Part shown: positions 10,939 through 23,600 of the stretch, piece by piece
Numbering within the stretch: position 1 is the stretch's first letter
How the letters are laid out: every line of letters starts with the position of its first letter
Source of the DNA: Vicugna vicugna
Taxonomy: Eukaryota
Length of the DNA: 64,000 nucleotides
Reading direction: 5' to 3'
Assembly: GCA_013265495.1 (NCBI GenBank)
Contig: MU061045.1
Coordinates: 372,001-436,000 of the forward strand
Notes under the pieces: model-generated
The model's input: only the letters and a program-made list of their open reading frames with translations
What the model was told of the DNA's origin: nothing
Databases searched by the model: none
Translations under genes and position numbers: made by a program

Positions 10939-11289
10939 GCTCCAGGCGCACAGCACCTGGACGAGACAAGAGTACCCTCGGCTGGCCAGGTATCGCACCC
11001 TGGAGCACAGGGCAGCTGTAACTGGAGCCCTGGAGGGCCTGCTGCCTCCTCTTCTGTCTAGCAACCCCCACCCCCCAAGGCTGGCCCTGCTCCTCCCCCT
11101 GTGCTGCTGCCTGTCCCTCACCTCCACTCCCTCCCGTGGAGCTCTGTGCCTCCTGCTGGTGGAGTCAGCCCCACATACCTGGAGGGCAACGGGCAAGGTC
11201 TTAGCCCTCCTCTCCCTCAGGCGAGCCACTCTCACCCCCCGCACAGCCTCAGGTGAATTAATTTTGACTCTGACACTTGCTCTTAAATA

Positions 11290-11295
11290 TTTATT
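11290..11295 (-). terminator. MRPL40: MRPL40 polyadenylation signal AATAAA
   Basis: TTTATT on the + strand, about 70 nt past the MRPL40 stop. Confidence 0.75.
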
Positions 11296-11363
11296 CACTG
11301 CATGCTGCCACAGGCAGGCCTGACCCAGACATCTGGGCGCTCTGGGCGCGGCTGCCAGCAGCT

Positions 11364-11688
11364 CTACCTCTTGAACTCCACCTGTGTGTACACTTTGGTG
11401 ATGTCGTGGTACCTGCCTTCTGGGGGCTGGTAGTTGGAGATGGGAGGCGTGTAATCTGGTCCTTGTCTCTCAAAGGGGAACAGACCAGGGTCCCGTTTGG
11501 TGGCCTCAGCATGGAGCTCCGGGGCTGTGAGCTGCAGCTCCCGCAGAGCTTCCTGCTGGGCCTGGAGCAGGGACCGGACAGCATCCCTCTCCGCCTCATG
11601 CTCCCGCTGCTTGTACAGTGACCACTTCTTCAGAAGCAGGGCCCTGCGCTCGCTCTCCTCGAAGGGGAGCTCTGCCGGAGGCCGCTGT
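11364..11688 (-). CDS. MRPL40: MRPL40 coding exon 4
   Basis: ttcccag acceptor; ends TQVEFKR-TAG. Confidence 0.97.
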
Positions 11689-13832
11689 CTGGGAACACAA
11701 GAAACCAAGGGCATGAGCACTGGCCTCGCTGACCAACCTCACGCCACCCCAGCATCCCCACTGCCAGACACGGAGGGAACTTGGCGACAAGTTGAGGAAT
11801 GGAATGTTGAATGTGGCAGTAGCAGCCACGGCCGCCAGGAACCAGTGCAGTTTGCTTCACGTGGAGACAAGAAAGAATAGAAGCACCTCCTTGGCTCCAG
11901 GTGGGGCTGCCTGTGCTGAGAGGGGCTCTGGGAAGAGCCAGGCACTGTTATGAAAGTGACAGCAAAATCCCAATGAGTCAAGTGCCTACACCAGTCCAGG
12001 AGGCCCAGAAAAACACCTGCGTGTCCACTTTCACGGCAAAGTGTTACTTTATAAGTGGTACGCGCTTCTTACAGGAAGGCAGCAACCCCACCAACCCCAC
12101 ACATGACACACCCCAACTATGAGCATCTGCATCTGAGAGCAAGAGGCTATGGTCTCCTACCATCAGGATGGGGCAGCAGCTGCAGTCCCGGGCCCAGGTC
12201 GTCCGTCACAGCTGACTCCTCTTGCAGGGGCAGCAGTGCGAACTCGCTCAGGCACCTGCCCTGCTCATCAGCCATTGCTGAGTTTCCCTCTCTCACTCAG
12301 CAAGGGCAGCCTGAACCCAAGAAGGCTTTCTCCAGCTCCCACGAGACAATCCGGGAGAAAAGGACTCAGACGAGGCCAAGTCAGCCCGAACCTATGACCC
12401 CTTTCCATTACAGGTGCAAACAGAACCCCTGAAGGTGACAGAACTCCTCTGCTGGAGGCCCCCCTCCCAGAGGGAGGGCCCTCACCTTGTTTTGTTCAAG
12501 AACTTGACTGGCGTGATGAAGTCCTCAATGGGAATTAGCTCCTGGCTCGCCTTTTCCAGCCGTCGGATCCTCTTTTTCAAGCGGTCCTTTGCTGCCTGGT
12601 CCTTTTTGGGATCAACTTTTTTCTTCTTTCGCAGAGGCTCTGCTCTAAAGGGTAAAGCAAACATGAGATATGTTGCTCTTCTGTCTTGTGAACACGCAGA
12701 GACGTGGCGCCCGATGAAGCGCCCCCAAACGCACACTGAACTCTCGACTAGGTAAGGAACTGTGTGGGCCTGAACTCCTAGGCTGAGTGTGGCAGGGAGA
12801 CCATATCCCGGGGGTCCTGCTGAGAACCCCGTGGGCACAGCCACCCCAGGAAGGGGTGGCGAAACTTCATGGGATGTCAGGATAAATTAAAGGAAGGGCT
12901 CATCTTTACAACTGGGGTTCAGGGGCACCTTGAGGTAACACTGAAAAGTGAAAATACCAAACAGATGAATTAGAAGTTTATTATTCAGATCTTGAATGGA
13001 TTTGTGATTTATAACGTTGATTTGATAAGACTAAGAAAGCCTAGTAAAAATGACTGGCAAGTTCTTACTTTTCAAGATTTTTTAACAAATTTCCCCATCC
13101 CCGAGCACTGACAAAAGTTTGATTTACTCTGAGGAACACATCTCCTATGATGATAATAAACTACTGAGAACACATCAAATCCTCCGGTATCAAGACTGAG
13201 TTTCATGAATCAAATCCCTAGAAAGAATCCGGCATCCCAGGTGGAAAAACGAATCCTCACACATCGTCCTACCTCTCCAGGGAGCAAGAAATCAAAGTGC
13301 TAGGCTCTTTAAAACACACACGAATCCCTTCAAGGCTAGTTTTTCTTTTGGCCGCTTTTACACTTGGTTTTTGTTTTCTGATTACAGGCAGTAACAGAGT
13401 TTCGTATGAAATGACAGAAAAAAGCTTCTGCGTGAATGTAACCGAGATCCTTTGCCAACCGAGCGCTGGGCGTCCTGGCGCGTGGGGTCCCCGCGGGCGA
13501 CTGAGGCGGGGCCCGCAGCCGGGCTTACCTCATGGGCACGAGTCCCCAGAAGGACAGCAGCGAAGCCCGCTGGTGCGCGTCCCTGGTCTGCGCCGGCCAC
13601 ATTCCCAGAAGCCTGGAAGAGACGGCGCATGAATAAGTGCCTGACTCCGCCGCCCGCCCGCTGGGAATGGAGGACTCAGTGATGACGCCCTCGTAAATGC
13701 TGGGTCAGGCCGCCAGGCCGATGGGGAGTCTTCACCCGCGTCCCCGCGCGTCCTGGGCGCCCGGCCGGGCCGCACTCACCTCCTGGGCGGGCGCAGAGCG
13801 CGCCAGGCCGCCCCCAGCGCCGCGGCCGCCAT
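11364..13832 (-). CDS. MRPL40: 39S mitochondrial ribosomal protein L40, 206 aa, 4 coding exons
   Basis: Minus-strand exons 13832-13780 (53 nt), 13612-13529 (84), 12644-12486 (159) and 11688-11364 (325) total 621 nt. Translation [62 protein letters not shown]...[18 protein letters not shown], with an Arg-rich N-terminal presequence. Confidence 0.98.
12486..12644 (-). CDS. MRPL40: MRPL40 coding exon 3
   Basis: ctttag acceptor, AG|gtgag donor; encodes [14 protein letters not shown]. Confidence 0.96.
13529..13612 (-). CDS. MRPL40: MRPL40 coding exon 2
   Basis: ttccag acceptor, AG|gtaag donor; encodes [10 protein letters not shown]. Confidence 0.95.
13780..13832 (-). CDS. MRPL40: MRPL40 coding exon 1
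   Basis: GCCATGG start context, AG|gtgagt donor. Confidence 0.93.
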
Positions 13833-14635
13833 GGCTCCGGGTCGGCGACGGCGCTTCCGGGCACGCACCCCTCGGTGGCCAGGCCCGCCGTGCGTTGCTC
13901 ACCAGTCCGGCCGCCGCGCCGCCCCGCGCTCCCGCGTTCCGGCCGCCGCGCCTGGCCCCGCCCCCGACGTGGCCCCGCCCCCGCGCCCGGTGCCTCGCAC
14001 CTTGCGCCGGCCGGGGTCCTTATTCCCGCCGGCGCTGCCCCGGCCGCTCCCAGGCGACTCGGCCTGCGCCCCGCGAGGGCCGAGCCTGCAGTGCAGCCGG
14101 CCGTCCAGTAAGCGCGCCCGCTCGCGCCGGCTCTCCCGCCGGCGTCCGAGCCAGGGCCGCGGTGGCTGCACCCCGAGCGGCACGTGGCCTGCGCTCGCAG
14201 GCGCCCAATGAACGCGCGCTCGGGCAGGCGGAAGCCAGTTAATTAGTCTGCTCGACACCGGCGGGCGGAGCCGCGAGGCCGTCCGCGCCGCGCCGCCCTG
14301 CCTGGCTCCGCCGGCCCTCCGCACCCCTGACCCTGCTCGCCCGCCCGCCTGCTCCCGGCCGGCCGTCCCCTCGCTCACGGCCCCGGGGGGCGGACCCGCC
14401 TGCCCGCCCGCTGGCCGGCCGAGGAGTCGGGCGGCCCGTGCGCGCGGGGAGCGGTTTCCCGCCGGGGCGGTTTGGCAGGTGCGCGCCGTGACTTCCGGCG
14501 TTGCCCGGGAGCCGCCGGAGGAGGAGCGGCGCAGGGGATGCGGCTGGAGCGGCGGCGGCGGCGGCCGACGGCTCCATGGCTCGGGCGCGCTGAGGGACGC
14601 GGCTCTCGCCTCAGCCCGGCGGCGGCGGCCGAACA

Positions 14636-14672
14636 ATGAAGCTCCTGAAGCCGACCTGGGTCAACCACAATG
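14636..14672 (+). CDS. HIRA: HIRA exon 1 ([12 protein letters not shown])
   Basis: ACAATGA start, G|gtgagt donor, 37 nt. Confidence 0.97.
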
Positions 14673-17600
14673 GTGAGTGCGCGCGGGGGTAGCGGAGAGC
14701 CGAGCCCGCAGCCGGGCCGGGGTCCAGAGCTGGGCGGGAGGCGCGCGCAGGCCCTGCCTGCCTGACTCCGATGCCAGGTGCCCGGTGCCCCGGCGGCGGG
14801 AGCGGACTCTGCCCTCGCGCGGGGAGCTAGGGAGCTGGGCACGTGCTCCGCCCGGCCGCGGCCACGTCCGCCCTCGCCCCCGGCCACCCACCCGTGGGCC
14901 GAGCAAGGGTCGCGGCCTGGCCCCGGGGAGCAGCCCTAGGAGCCGGCTGGGTCGTGCGGGGTGGTCCAGTGTGTGAAACCGGGCCGGAATCCCCGCCGTG
15001 GCCCTTCAGTTGTGGGGTGCAGACCTGGCATGGGCATGCTCTACCATGCGGAAGGGCTGGATCTGGTGACAGTGCCTCCAGTGGGGACTGTGGCTGCAGC
15101 CCAAGGCACCACGTGCACTCTGAGCTGGAGCATCTGGGTGACTTGAGTTGAGGCCCATAGGGCAGAGGTGTGTTCTGGAAGAGGGTCTTCCTTAGCTCTG
15201 TGGCAGGGGCTCCAAAGCACACCCTGGGAAACAGACTCATCCAGGCCTCTGGTTGGGAAGAAACTCATACAGTGAAACCCGTGGCAACCAGCAGTTTCGT
15301 CACAGTTCCATCTTGTCTGCACACCTGCTGCAGGAGTTGGACTTGCTCCCCAAGGAGGTGAGGGGAAAAAGTCACCATCTCCTTGTTGACAGTGCTGAAG
15401 CCCCTGGGAACGACCCAGGGCCCACAGCTGGCTGGCCTGCCTGCCTGCTGATAGCAAAGGGTCACCCTGATTCGTTCCTCTTTTCTACTTGGCTGTGTGA
15501 CTAGAGGGAGCCACGGTTTTCTTTTAGAGCAAGTGGAGTGGATGGTCTTGCTTTTCTGAAGCATGAAGGTTTTAAGTTTTGAACTTGATCCCTGGACACT
15601 TTCCGCCTCTGTCTGTTCCTTCAGTCAGTGTTCCCCTGTCCCGTTTCCTGCAGGACGTCATCCTCATTTTTCAGGCCTGGGTGAGGTCGCTTTCTCCTGA
15701 TGTTACCGTTGCTCCTGAGTTGCTCTGAATGTGCTCTGTTCCTGTGAGTGTGCACTCCGGGCACTCGCCGCCGTGTTCTCTGTCACTGTCGGCAGTGCCT
15801 TCCACACAACGGGCACTTGATGATGTGGGCCGGCACAGCTGGGAGCTGAGGTGGCCCTGACCTACAGAGACAGCGAGACTTACTGTGCGTGAAAGCAGAA
15901 GCGCGGGGGTCTAGTTTCGCTTCTCCTGTGTTGCTCTCCAAGAGCGTTTCCTGACGTGAGTGTGAGCTCTTCTCTGGAGAACAGGGCAGACATTCAGTAG
16001 TTACACACCGTGGTGCTGGTGAATCAGGAAATGTCGTATTATGAGTTTGCGGCTGTGCGAGTGGCATCTGAAGGAATTTGCAGTTTGCACCACTTTGCCT
16101 GGATGAGTTTGTGTGTGTAGCGGACCGTTCTCCAGTCTCTCTTCTGCCCTATAATTTCTCACTTGATGGCAAACTTCTATGTAGAACACAAGTTTTATGC
16201 TGTGTAAGCATAAGTCAGTCAAGATGCTTAAGCAATTATTTAAGTGCAAATGAGTGAGAGTCTGTGACCAGGTCAGCAGCCAGTCATCCCAGCCTGGCAG
16301 AGTGGGCAGGGTAGTGAGCCTGGGGTCTCTCTGCCATCCTAGAGCAGAAACTGCGGTACCTGCCCCTCCGTCTTCATGGTCCAGTTACGGTGTTCTCTTG
16401 GGAAGGAAGACAGCTCTCCAGGCTATAAAGTGCTTTGGAAACCTAATAGACAGTGATCAAAGCAATTGAGACTCTTTAAAACCTGTTCTTTGTCAAATTT
16501 CCTCTCTTTTAAAATCTCTTGAAATCCACCCTGTCCCATGGAGTGTTTGGCAGGGCTGTGGGGATAAATTTCTGCTGTCCTGAAGGACACAATGATGGTC
16601 TGAATCACTGCTGAGCCTCCCGTAGAGACTGGTGGGTGTTAGGAGCTGCCTGGAGTGGGGAGAGGGATGGGCAGGAAAACTGCCGGCCGCACTTGGGATT
16701 AACAAACCAAGAGGAGTGTGGTCCTTTGGAGAGCGCACCATTGCACTTTCCGGCTTCCCAACTCTGCATTCTTGTCTCCTGACTCCTTATTCAGCTCAAA
16801 CATACTTTTTCTGGTGTCTGAGTCCAGAGAGGGAAGGACCAGCGAGCCCTGCACTTTCCCTGTGGCTGTGGCTGGAGAGGGCAGGTTGAAAGCCCTGGAG
16901 AGGGCAAGTTGAAAGCCGAGGGGGAAGCAGCTACTGGGGGTGGGTGTGCTCTGGGTCTTCGTCTTTCCAGCCTTTGGTGATGGTAAGACCTCTTCTCTAA
17001 GGCAGGGTTTCTCAGTCTCTGCGCTGTGGACATTTTGGACCATGTTGTCGCAGAGACCAGCCTGCATGTTTTGGGACGTTGGCAGCGTCCCTGGCCTCTC
17101 CCCACCCAATGCCAGTAGCACCTTCACACACATACCCTGTTGTGACAATTGAAAGTGTCTCCAAATGTTGCCAGTGTTCCTGTTGGCCAGATCATCCCCA
17201 TCTGAGAATCACTGTTCTAAGGTGATCAGGAAGTTCATAGATCTTTAAGTCATATCACAGTAACGAGCCTTGAACTTGGAATCAGACTGACTACCACACA
17301 CCATCGTTTATCAGCTTTAAGTCTTGCACTTGTGGCTCCACTTCTGGGCCTCGCTAAAGCTGAAGAAACGTGCTCCTCCCTGCATTTCGCCGTCCCAGAT
17401 GTAAAAGACTGTCTTTGATTAAGATGTGCAGCAAGAGCTGATGATGCTTCTCGTGTACACGGAAGTCATATGTTAGGCACTGTTGTCACACAGCCACCTG
17501 GTTTACTCTGTTCTTGGCTATAGTATTCCGTTAATATTTTATTTTAGGCTTGGCCAAAATAAGGTTCATTTCTAAGTTAGGTTATGACCATGTATTGGTC

Positions 17601-20600
17601 AGAAAGTGGAAGCAGTTTGGGCTTTTGGTTGTAGAAAAATGTATTTACGTTGAGAAAATTTTATTGAGATTCACGGTTCTTCACGTCCCTGGGTCTTCGT
17701 TCTTGAGAGTCCTTCTGGAATTCTCACGGGGTTTGTGTGCAGCTCTGCAGTGAAGCCCATTCTAACCAGAAGGTCGGGGACTGAAAGACCTCGTCCTCCT
17801 TTGGCCTCTGGCTCACACTTTGATGGCAGTGTTGTAGAAAGGTGTTTGGCCAGTTTTCTATAATGGGATGATTTGTCAGTTAATCACATTGCTGTAGGTG
17901 TGTGTTTTCTCTGTCCTGTGATCGGATTATTTCCCTGCCCTGTCTCACTCCAGGAAGGATTGAAGACGCCCTGCTGAGACACACCGCATCTTGGGGAAGG
18001 GGGAGTGTGGGGAAGGGTGGTGCAACAATGGAGCCAGGTCGGGTGTGGACAGGCCCCACACAGCTACTGGGGCCTCTGCAGACCTATCTTGGTGAATGGG
18101 CCAGGAGGGACCCAGACTGACACGTTGTGATCACAGAGTCATTAAGATAAACTGGGCGGTTGCTCAGACCAGGGGTCCTTGGCCGGCCGTTGTCTGGAGA
18201 TGTTCTTGGTTTCCCAGCAGGAGGGTTGCTGCTGGTGTCCAGTAGAAGGAGCACGGGATGGCTGCTGGTCACACTGCAGCACAGAAGACACTCCCCCGTG
18301 AGCACGTGGCGGTGCCTGGCTGAGAAAGTGCTCTGGGCAAGGAAAGCTTTACAGTTACCTGCCTTTTCACCTGTTTGTCTCATCCTTCCAACTAGGTCGT
18401 AAGCTTCTTGAAGACAAGAGTTGTGCCTTTTATTCTGGAATCATGTAGTCCTGCTCTTGAGTCTCCATGCTCTGCTGCTCAGCAAGTGTGTGTCACAGAA
18501 GGTTCTCGACACATCTTACACGGGTCGGTTTCATGAGGCCGGTAACAGCTGCTCACCAGCGAGGGCTCAGGAGATGCAAGCTCTCTTCACAGTCTCTCAC
18601 TGTCTTATGCCTGAAGACAGTGGGTTGATTTAAAAAATAACCAGGTTTCATCTGGAGAAGATTCAGAAGAAGTGTGGGTGGAGTTTGCTGTGGGTAACCC
18701 ACTTGTGGCGTTTTCACTGACTTATGCACCAGACATTGGATCCCTCTGGAGAGAAGTTCTGGAGATCAGAGGTGATGAGGAAGCTGTGTGCTAGGAGGAA
18801 GGGGAACAGGCCATGCTCCAGAATCAGGGCAGATGGCAGCCCCAGGAAGGAGGGCCTGGTTTGTTGGTGCGCCCTTGGGCTGAGTCTGGACCCAGGAGGA
18901 CCGGAGGACCGTGAAGGCAGAGGCTGGATGGAGGAGGGCTGAGAGCCTCGGGAGGGAGCTGAAAGCTCTGTGGGAGTGGGACGGAGCAGGGATGTGAGCA
19001 CGTGTCTGCCTTCTGCTGCAGGGGCAAGTCTTGATGGCCCTAAGCCGGAGTGTGGGTGACGGCCAGGGACAAGTTGGGGACCAGGCACAGGGGGGCCGTT
19101 CCAGCCGGTACGACTAGGAGGGGTGCTGCTGGGGGCTCGTGGGGAGTCGGGGAAGAAGGGGTGCTTGAGCCGCCCATCCCATCTCTCCTCGGGACTCCCC
19201 TACCCTGCGTGTGGCAGCCAGCCTGTGACCGCAAGGATGGGCCCACATGGCAGGACAGGAGGGGAGGGTGGAAAGTCGGGGCTCCTCGAGCTGCTCACCA
19301 GAGCACCTTGAAGCTGACCCTTCTTAGGACTGGCTGTGAGCTCCTGGGTTATCCGTGGTGCTTCTGTGACCTGTAGCACCTCTGACAGAACAGTTTGCAG
19401 AAGGAAGCGTAGGTTGAGTGAGGTGGGGGACCCCCGGGGCCAGACCAGAGGTGACGGCCCTGCATTACCTTCACCTGCTTGGTCACTAGGGGAGCAAGCT
19501 GGAACCAAGCAGAGGTCTCAGTGCTGAGGCTGGCCCCTTCGGCTTGGAGAGCTGGGCTACCTTTCCTCCTTGGGAATAGCCTCAGAAACCACGGGGTGCA
19601 GCTTGGGACCAGAACCCCCCAGGCAGGGCTGCTTCTGGCACTCAGGGGGCCAGGGCTTTCTGTTGAGGTGCCCAGTGCACCTTCTCTGGCATTTGGTTTT
19701 TGAGAGTCCTCCAGTCGAGGGGTATCAGCAGAATGTTCTCAGGGAGGAACTGGGGGGGTGGGGGAGCTATGCCCTAGTCGTGGACTTTGAGTCGGCCCCA
19801 TTTGCCTGCTGGGGCCAGCTCGGTCCCGCACCCTCCCTCACACGGTCCCTGCTACCTGCTGACATCTGCTGTAGCCAGAGGTAGCTGACCACACCACTGA
19901 AAGTAAGCCCTCAGAGCGCTGAGCCAGGCCCGCAGCTCAGGGGCACGCAGTAACTGAGTGCGCAGGAGGTGGATGGGAGGTGGCCGGCAGACATGTAGCC
20001 CACCATGTCTGCTGCCTTGACTGGTAGAGTTACTTGTTTCATAAAACTTGCTGTTCATTCTGGCTGGTGCCACAAATACGTCAGACCTTGTGGTGGAGTC
20101 TGGTGGGGGTTCCAGTGACGCAGGGACACATTTCACCCAGGTCCTCCCCAGGGAGCCCACTTACATAGTTGTGTCTTGCTGTTCTTTCAGGAGGGGGCAT
20201 CGATGAAACAAAACAGATCGCAAATGCTGGCAAAATAAAAACCCATTTAGGTCAAAACTTGCTGCTTTTGAAAGCAATACCTGCCTTGATGCATTAGCCA
20301 ACCCAGGGCAAGGAAGCTGCCTGGCCATAGCCCCGGCAGTGGGGAGCAGACAGAAGGCATCACAGCTCACTCGAGGGCCAGGATAGGCCTTCATCCAAGC
20401 GGACTCCTGGTCTCTGCACCCTCCAGCAGTTCCTGCACAGAAGGGCACTCGATGAATTCATCCCCTCAGCAGGTCATGAGAGTGATTGTGGGGCGAGGTG
20501 GGGGTCTGCACGTGGACTAGGCAGTGAGACTGGGAGGGCATCTGCGGGGCGTCCTGTGTAAGAAGGGGATGCCAGGAGGGGCGTACTGGGGGCATCACAA

Positions 20601-23600
20601 ATGGGGCGTCACAGTGGTGGGCGGGTGGGTGTGGGAGAAGCAGCAGACAGGTGAGCCTGGGGTAGAGGTGGTGGGGAGAGTTTTAAATGCAGTGCTTTGT
20701 GGCACATGTGAGCAGAGACCTTGTTGTGAGTGGAGAATTACTGAGGAGCTCCTGGGGGGCTTTATTCCTAGAGGGAGGGCCCCTGGACGGGCACAGTGGC
20801 CACCACATAGGCCTGGTGGAGGTGAGAGAGGCTGCCGGCTGAGGGAGGAGCCAGAAATTGCCTGGTGGGTTTGAGGAGGAGTCGGGATGGTGGCGGAGCT
20901 GGAACCGACAGTACCCAGGACCCGTGGGCACTGGTTCTCAGCATGATGGGCGCAGAGGAGGAAGGCGGCCTGAGGAGGGTCTTAGAGGTCTTTCTGTGCT
21001 GGGACTCAGCGGGCAAGGGGGCAAAGGGGAACTTGCTGCAAGGCTGCAGCCCTGGTCTGGGCAGGGTGACCAGGTGGTGTTGGCGGCTGAGAGAGGGCTG
21101 GACCCAGAGTGTCATGAGCATTGGGAGCATTACACGCGTGTTTGTATATGTAATTTACATAGTGAAATGCACAGGCATTAAGCCTACTATGTGATGTGTT
21201 TTCACAAACACGTGTTCCCCCATCAGAGATTTGGAACGTTTCCTCCTCCCCAGAAAGTTCCAGTGAATGTGGAGTCGCGAGGTCAAATGTGGGGTGTGAG
21301 GTAAGGGGGCAAAGGGGACCCCATGGAATCAGTGAGACTGGGAAAGGGGCAGCTAGGGAGGGAGGGAGCAGACCGCACAGGGCCTTCCCAGACTGCCCGC
21401 CCGGGTCTTGCCCTGCCAGACGCTCAGGCTCCAGCTAGGGCTCCTTCTCAGACTTGGTCTCCATCCTGGACTCAGACTGCTGTTGAGAAACAGGGTGGCT
21501 CCTTCTCTTTTTGGCTGTGACAGTTGCCAAATCTGATTTTACTAGGATGCCTTAATGTTGTGTGCGGATCTGGATAATGAAGCACTTTGTGGTTTGATAC
21601 TTGTCATTCGGAAAATATAAAATAATTTTTTAATAAAAGTAATACCTGTTCAGTGTAGGAAAAATGAGAAAATGCAAAAAGAATACATTGTTAAAACTTT
21701 TTTATGTGGTCTCTCAGACCATTTGGAAAATATAAGAGGGTAATTTGGTGCTATTTATTATGTATACCAGATTATAAAAATATCTGAATTGCTTAAAGTC
21801 TTAGCCCAATGCCCAATATCATTGCAAATCCATTGGGTTTTTATTTTTTTTTGAATAGCCTCCCTTCAGACAGCTAAAGTGTTTCCACTGCATCTTCCAT
21901 ATAAATAATATTGTAGATCTATTTTTCTTTTTTTAAATTGATAAACAACATTGTATTAGTTTCAGGTATACAACGTAATGATTTGATATTTGTATATGTT
22001 GCAAAATGATCACAGTGAGTCTATTTAACATCTGTCACCTCACATAGTTACAGGATTATTTTTTCTTGATGAGAACTTTTAAGATTTACTCTCTTAGCAA
22101 CTGTCAAATATATGATACAATATTAACTGTAGCATCATTTTCTTCACTGTGTGGTTGTTAAGCTAACAGATTTTCCCCCTATGGGGAGGGGTGTTGTTTC
22201 AGTCGCTCTTAACTTTCTAATGGAACCAGGTAGGAGAGATGACTGTATTTATGGAACTTCATCTTGCAGATAATTTTCAGGGAATATCTCTGTTCTGTAA
22301 AATTAGAGGAGAAAAGAGTATGAGGAAACACCAGAACTTTCTTGATTATATGTTGTCAGAAGCTGCAGGAGTGAGTAAGGTTTGCACACGATGTACCTGT
22401 CACTTTCTTCAACTCTAATTCGTGGCAAAAACAACAGAAAACGGTCACGGGGTTGCTACAGCTTCCTTCCTGTGCTGTGTGCGCTCTCAGGCACCTGGCA
22501 CCCTGACATGTCCCTGTGGTTGCGCTGACCTGAGGGGACTGGAGAGGTCGTTGTGGTTGATAGCGGGAGAGATGACAGCCACAGACACTCAGACACTAGC
22601 CTGAGTCCCCTCCTTGGGAGAGCAGGAGCCTGCCTTCCTGATATCAGGGTGCCAGTGGTACTGAGGAGTGTTAGAATCTGGGATCTTTGCTCTGGGCCTT
22701 CTCAGCCACGAACAACAGCAGGTGTTTACTGAGCGCCAACTGTGTGCCCAGCCACTAGGTCCTGGGGACCGCGCCATGGCTGAAACAGACCACATCACTA
22801 AGCTCTTGGCACAGACCTTCCGGTGGGTAGAGTGGACAGACGTCCAGTGGAGGAAACTATACGTGTGCAAGAGGTTGCTCCAGGGGCTGGGGAGGGAGTG
22901 CTTTCAGGGAGGGAGGTTAGGGTGGGCCTCAGAGAGAGGACCAGGCTGGGTTGGGTGCTGCATGGTAGCACCCCATGCCATCTGAGAGCAGAGAGGGGCC
23001 AGGGGCCAGCAGACGAGGCCAGGGAAGTTGCAGCGAGTTGTGCAAGCTGTTGTGAGGGCTTATTGTTCTCCTGTCCAAGGTGGGCAGGCTTGGGCTGGAA
23101 AGACCAGCAGTTATGTTGTGATGAAGTTAAGGATGAGAGGCCAGTGGCAGCTGGATAGGTACCTGCCCCCGAGAGCAATGGGGCAGGAGTCTCCCCAGGA
23201 GGTTCTCGTTATAGCCCCTCCTGCACAAGAAAAGGATCGGTTTTGTTATGACAGCCACTGGTGTTTTGATATTTAGCTGTGTTAATTACCTTTGTGTTAT
23301 ACACATGCATATACACAGCCTTTAGAAAACAGACTGTGTATGTGTTTGTCCCTCACAGAGAGAGTCTCTGTATGTTTTGCCCAGTTTCTCCCGGTGGTCA
23401 CATTTTGCCCAACTGGAGTGTAATGTCACATGAACACTGGCAGACTCCAGTATCTTACGCTGATTTTCCCACATTTATTTGTGGCGCTTGTCTGTGTGGA
23501 CATGGCCGATAAGCAAGTCCTGCGCTCATTTTCACTGTGTGTAGGTTCGTGGATGCGCCACAGTCAAGACCGATTAGTTCCACATTTTTTACAGCCACAC

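Larger units (their letters stand above)
13440..15010. promoter_or_regulatory. CpG island with bidirectional MRPL40/HIRA promoter
   Basis: Very CpG-dense; divergent start codons at 13832 (-) and 14636 (+). GC boxes at 13955 and 13972, CCAAT 14205-14209, ETS-type ACTTCCGG 14491-14498. Confidence 0.92.

Noticed and set aside
13899-14636. 245-aa minus-strand ORF across the bidirectional promoter
   Set aside because: Non-ATG start, CpG-island composition depleted of stop codons, and no domain similarity.
14714-14738. Near-canonical G-quadruplex motif at the start of HIRA intron 1
   Set aside because: G-runs are commonplace at the 5' end of first introns in CpG islands, and one loop is 9 nt; not distinctive.
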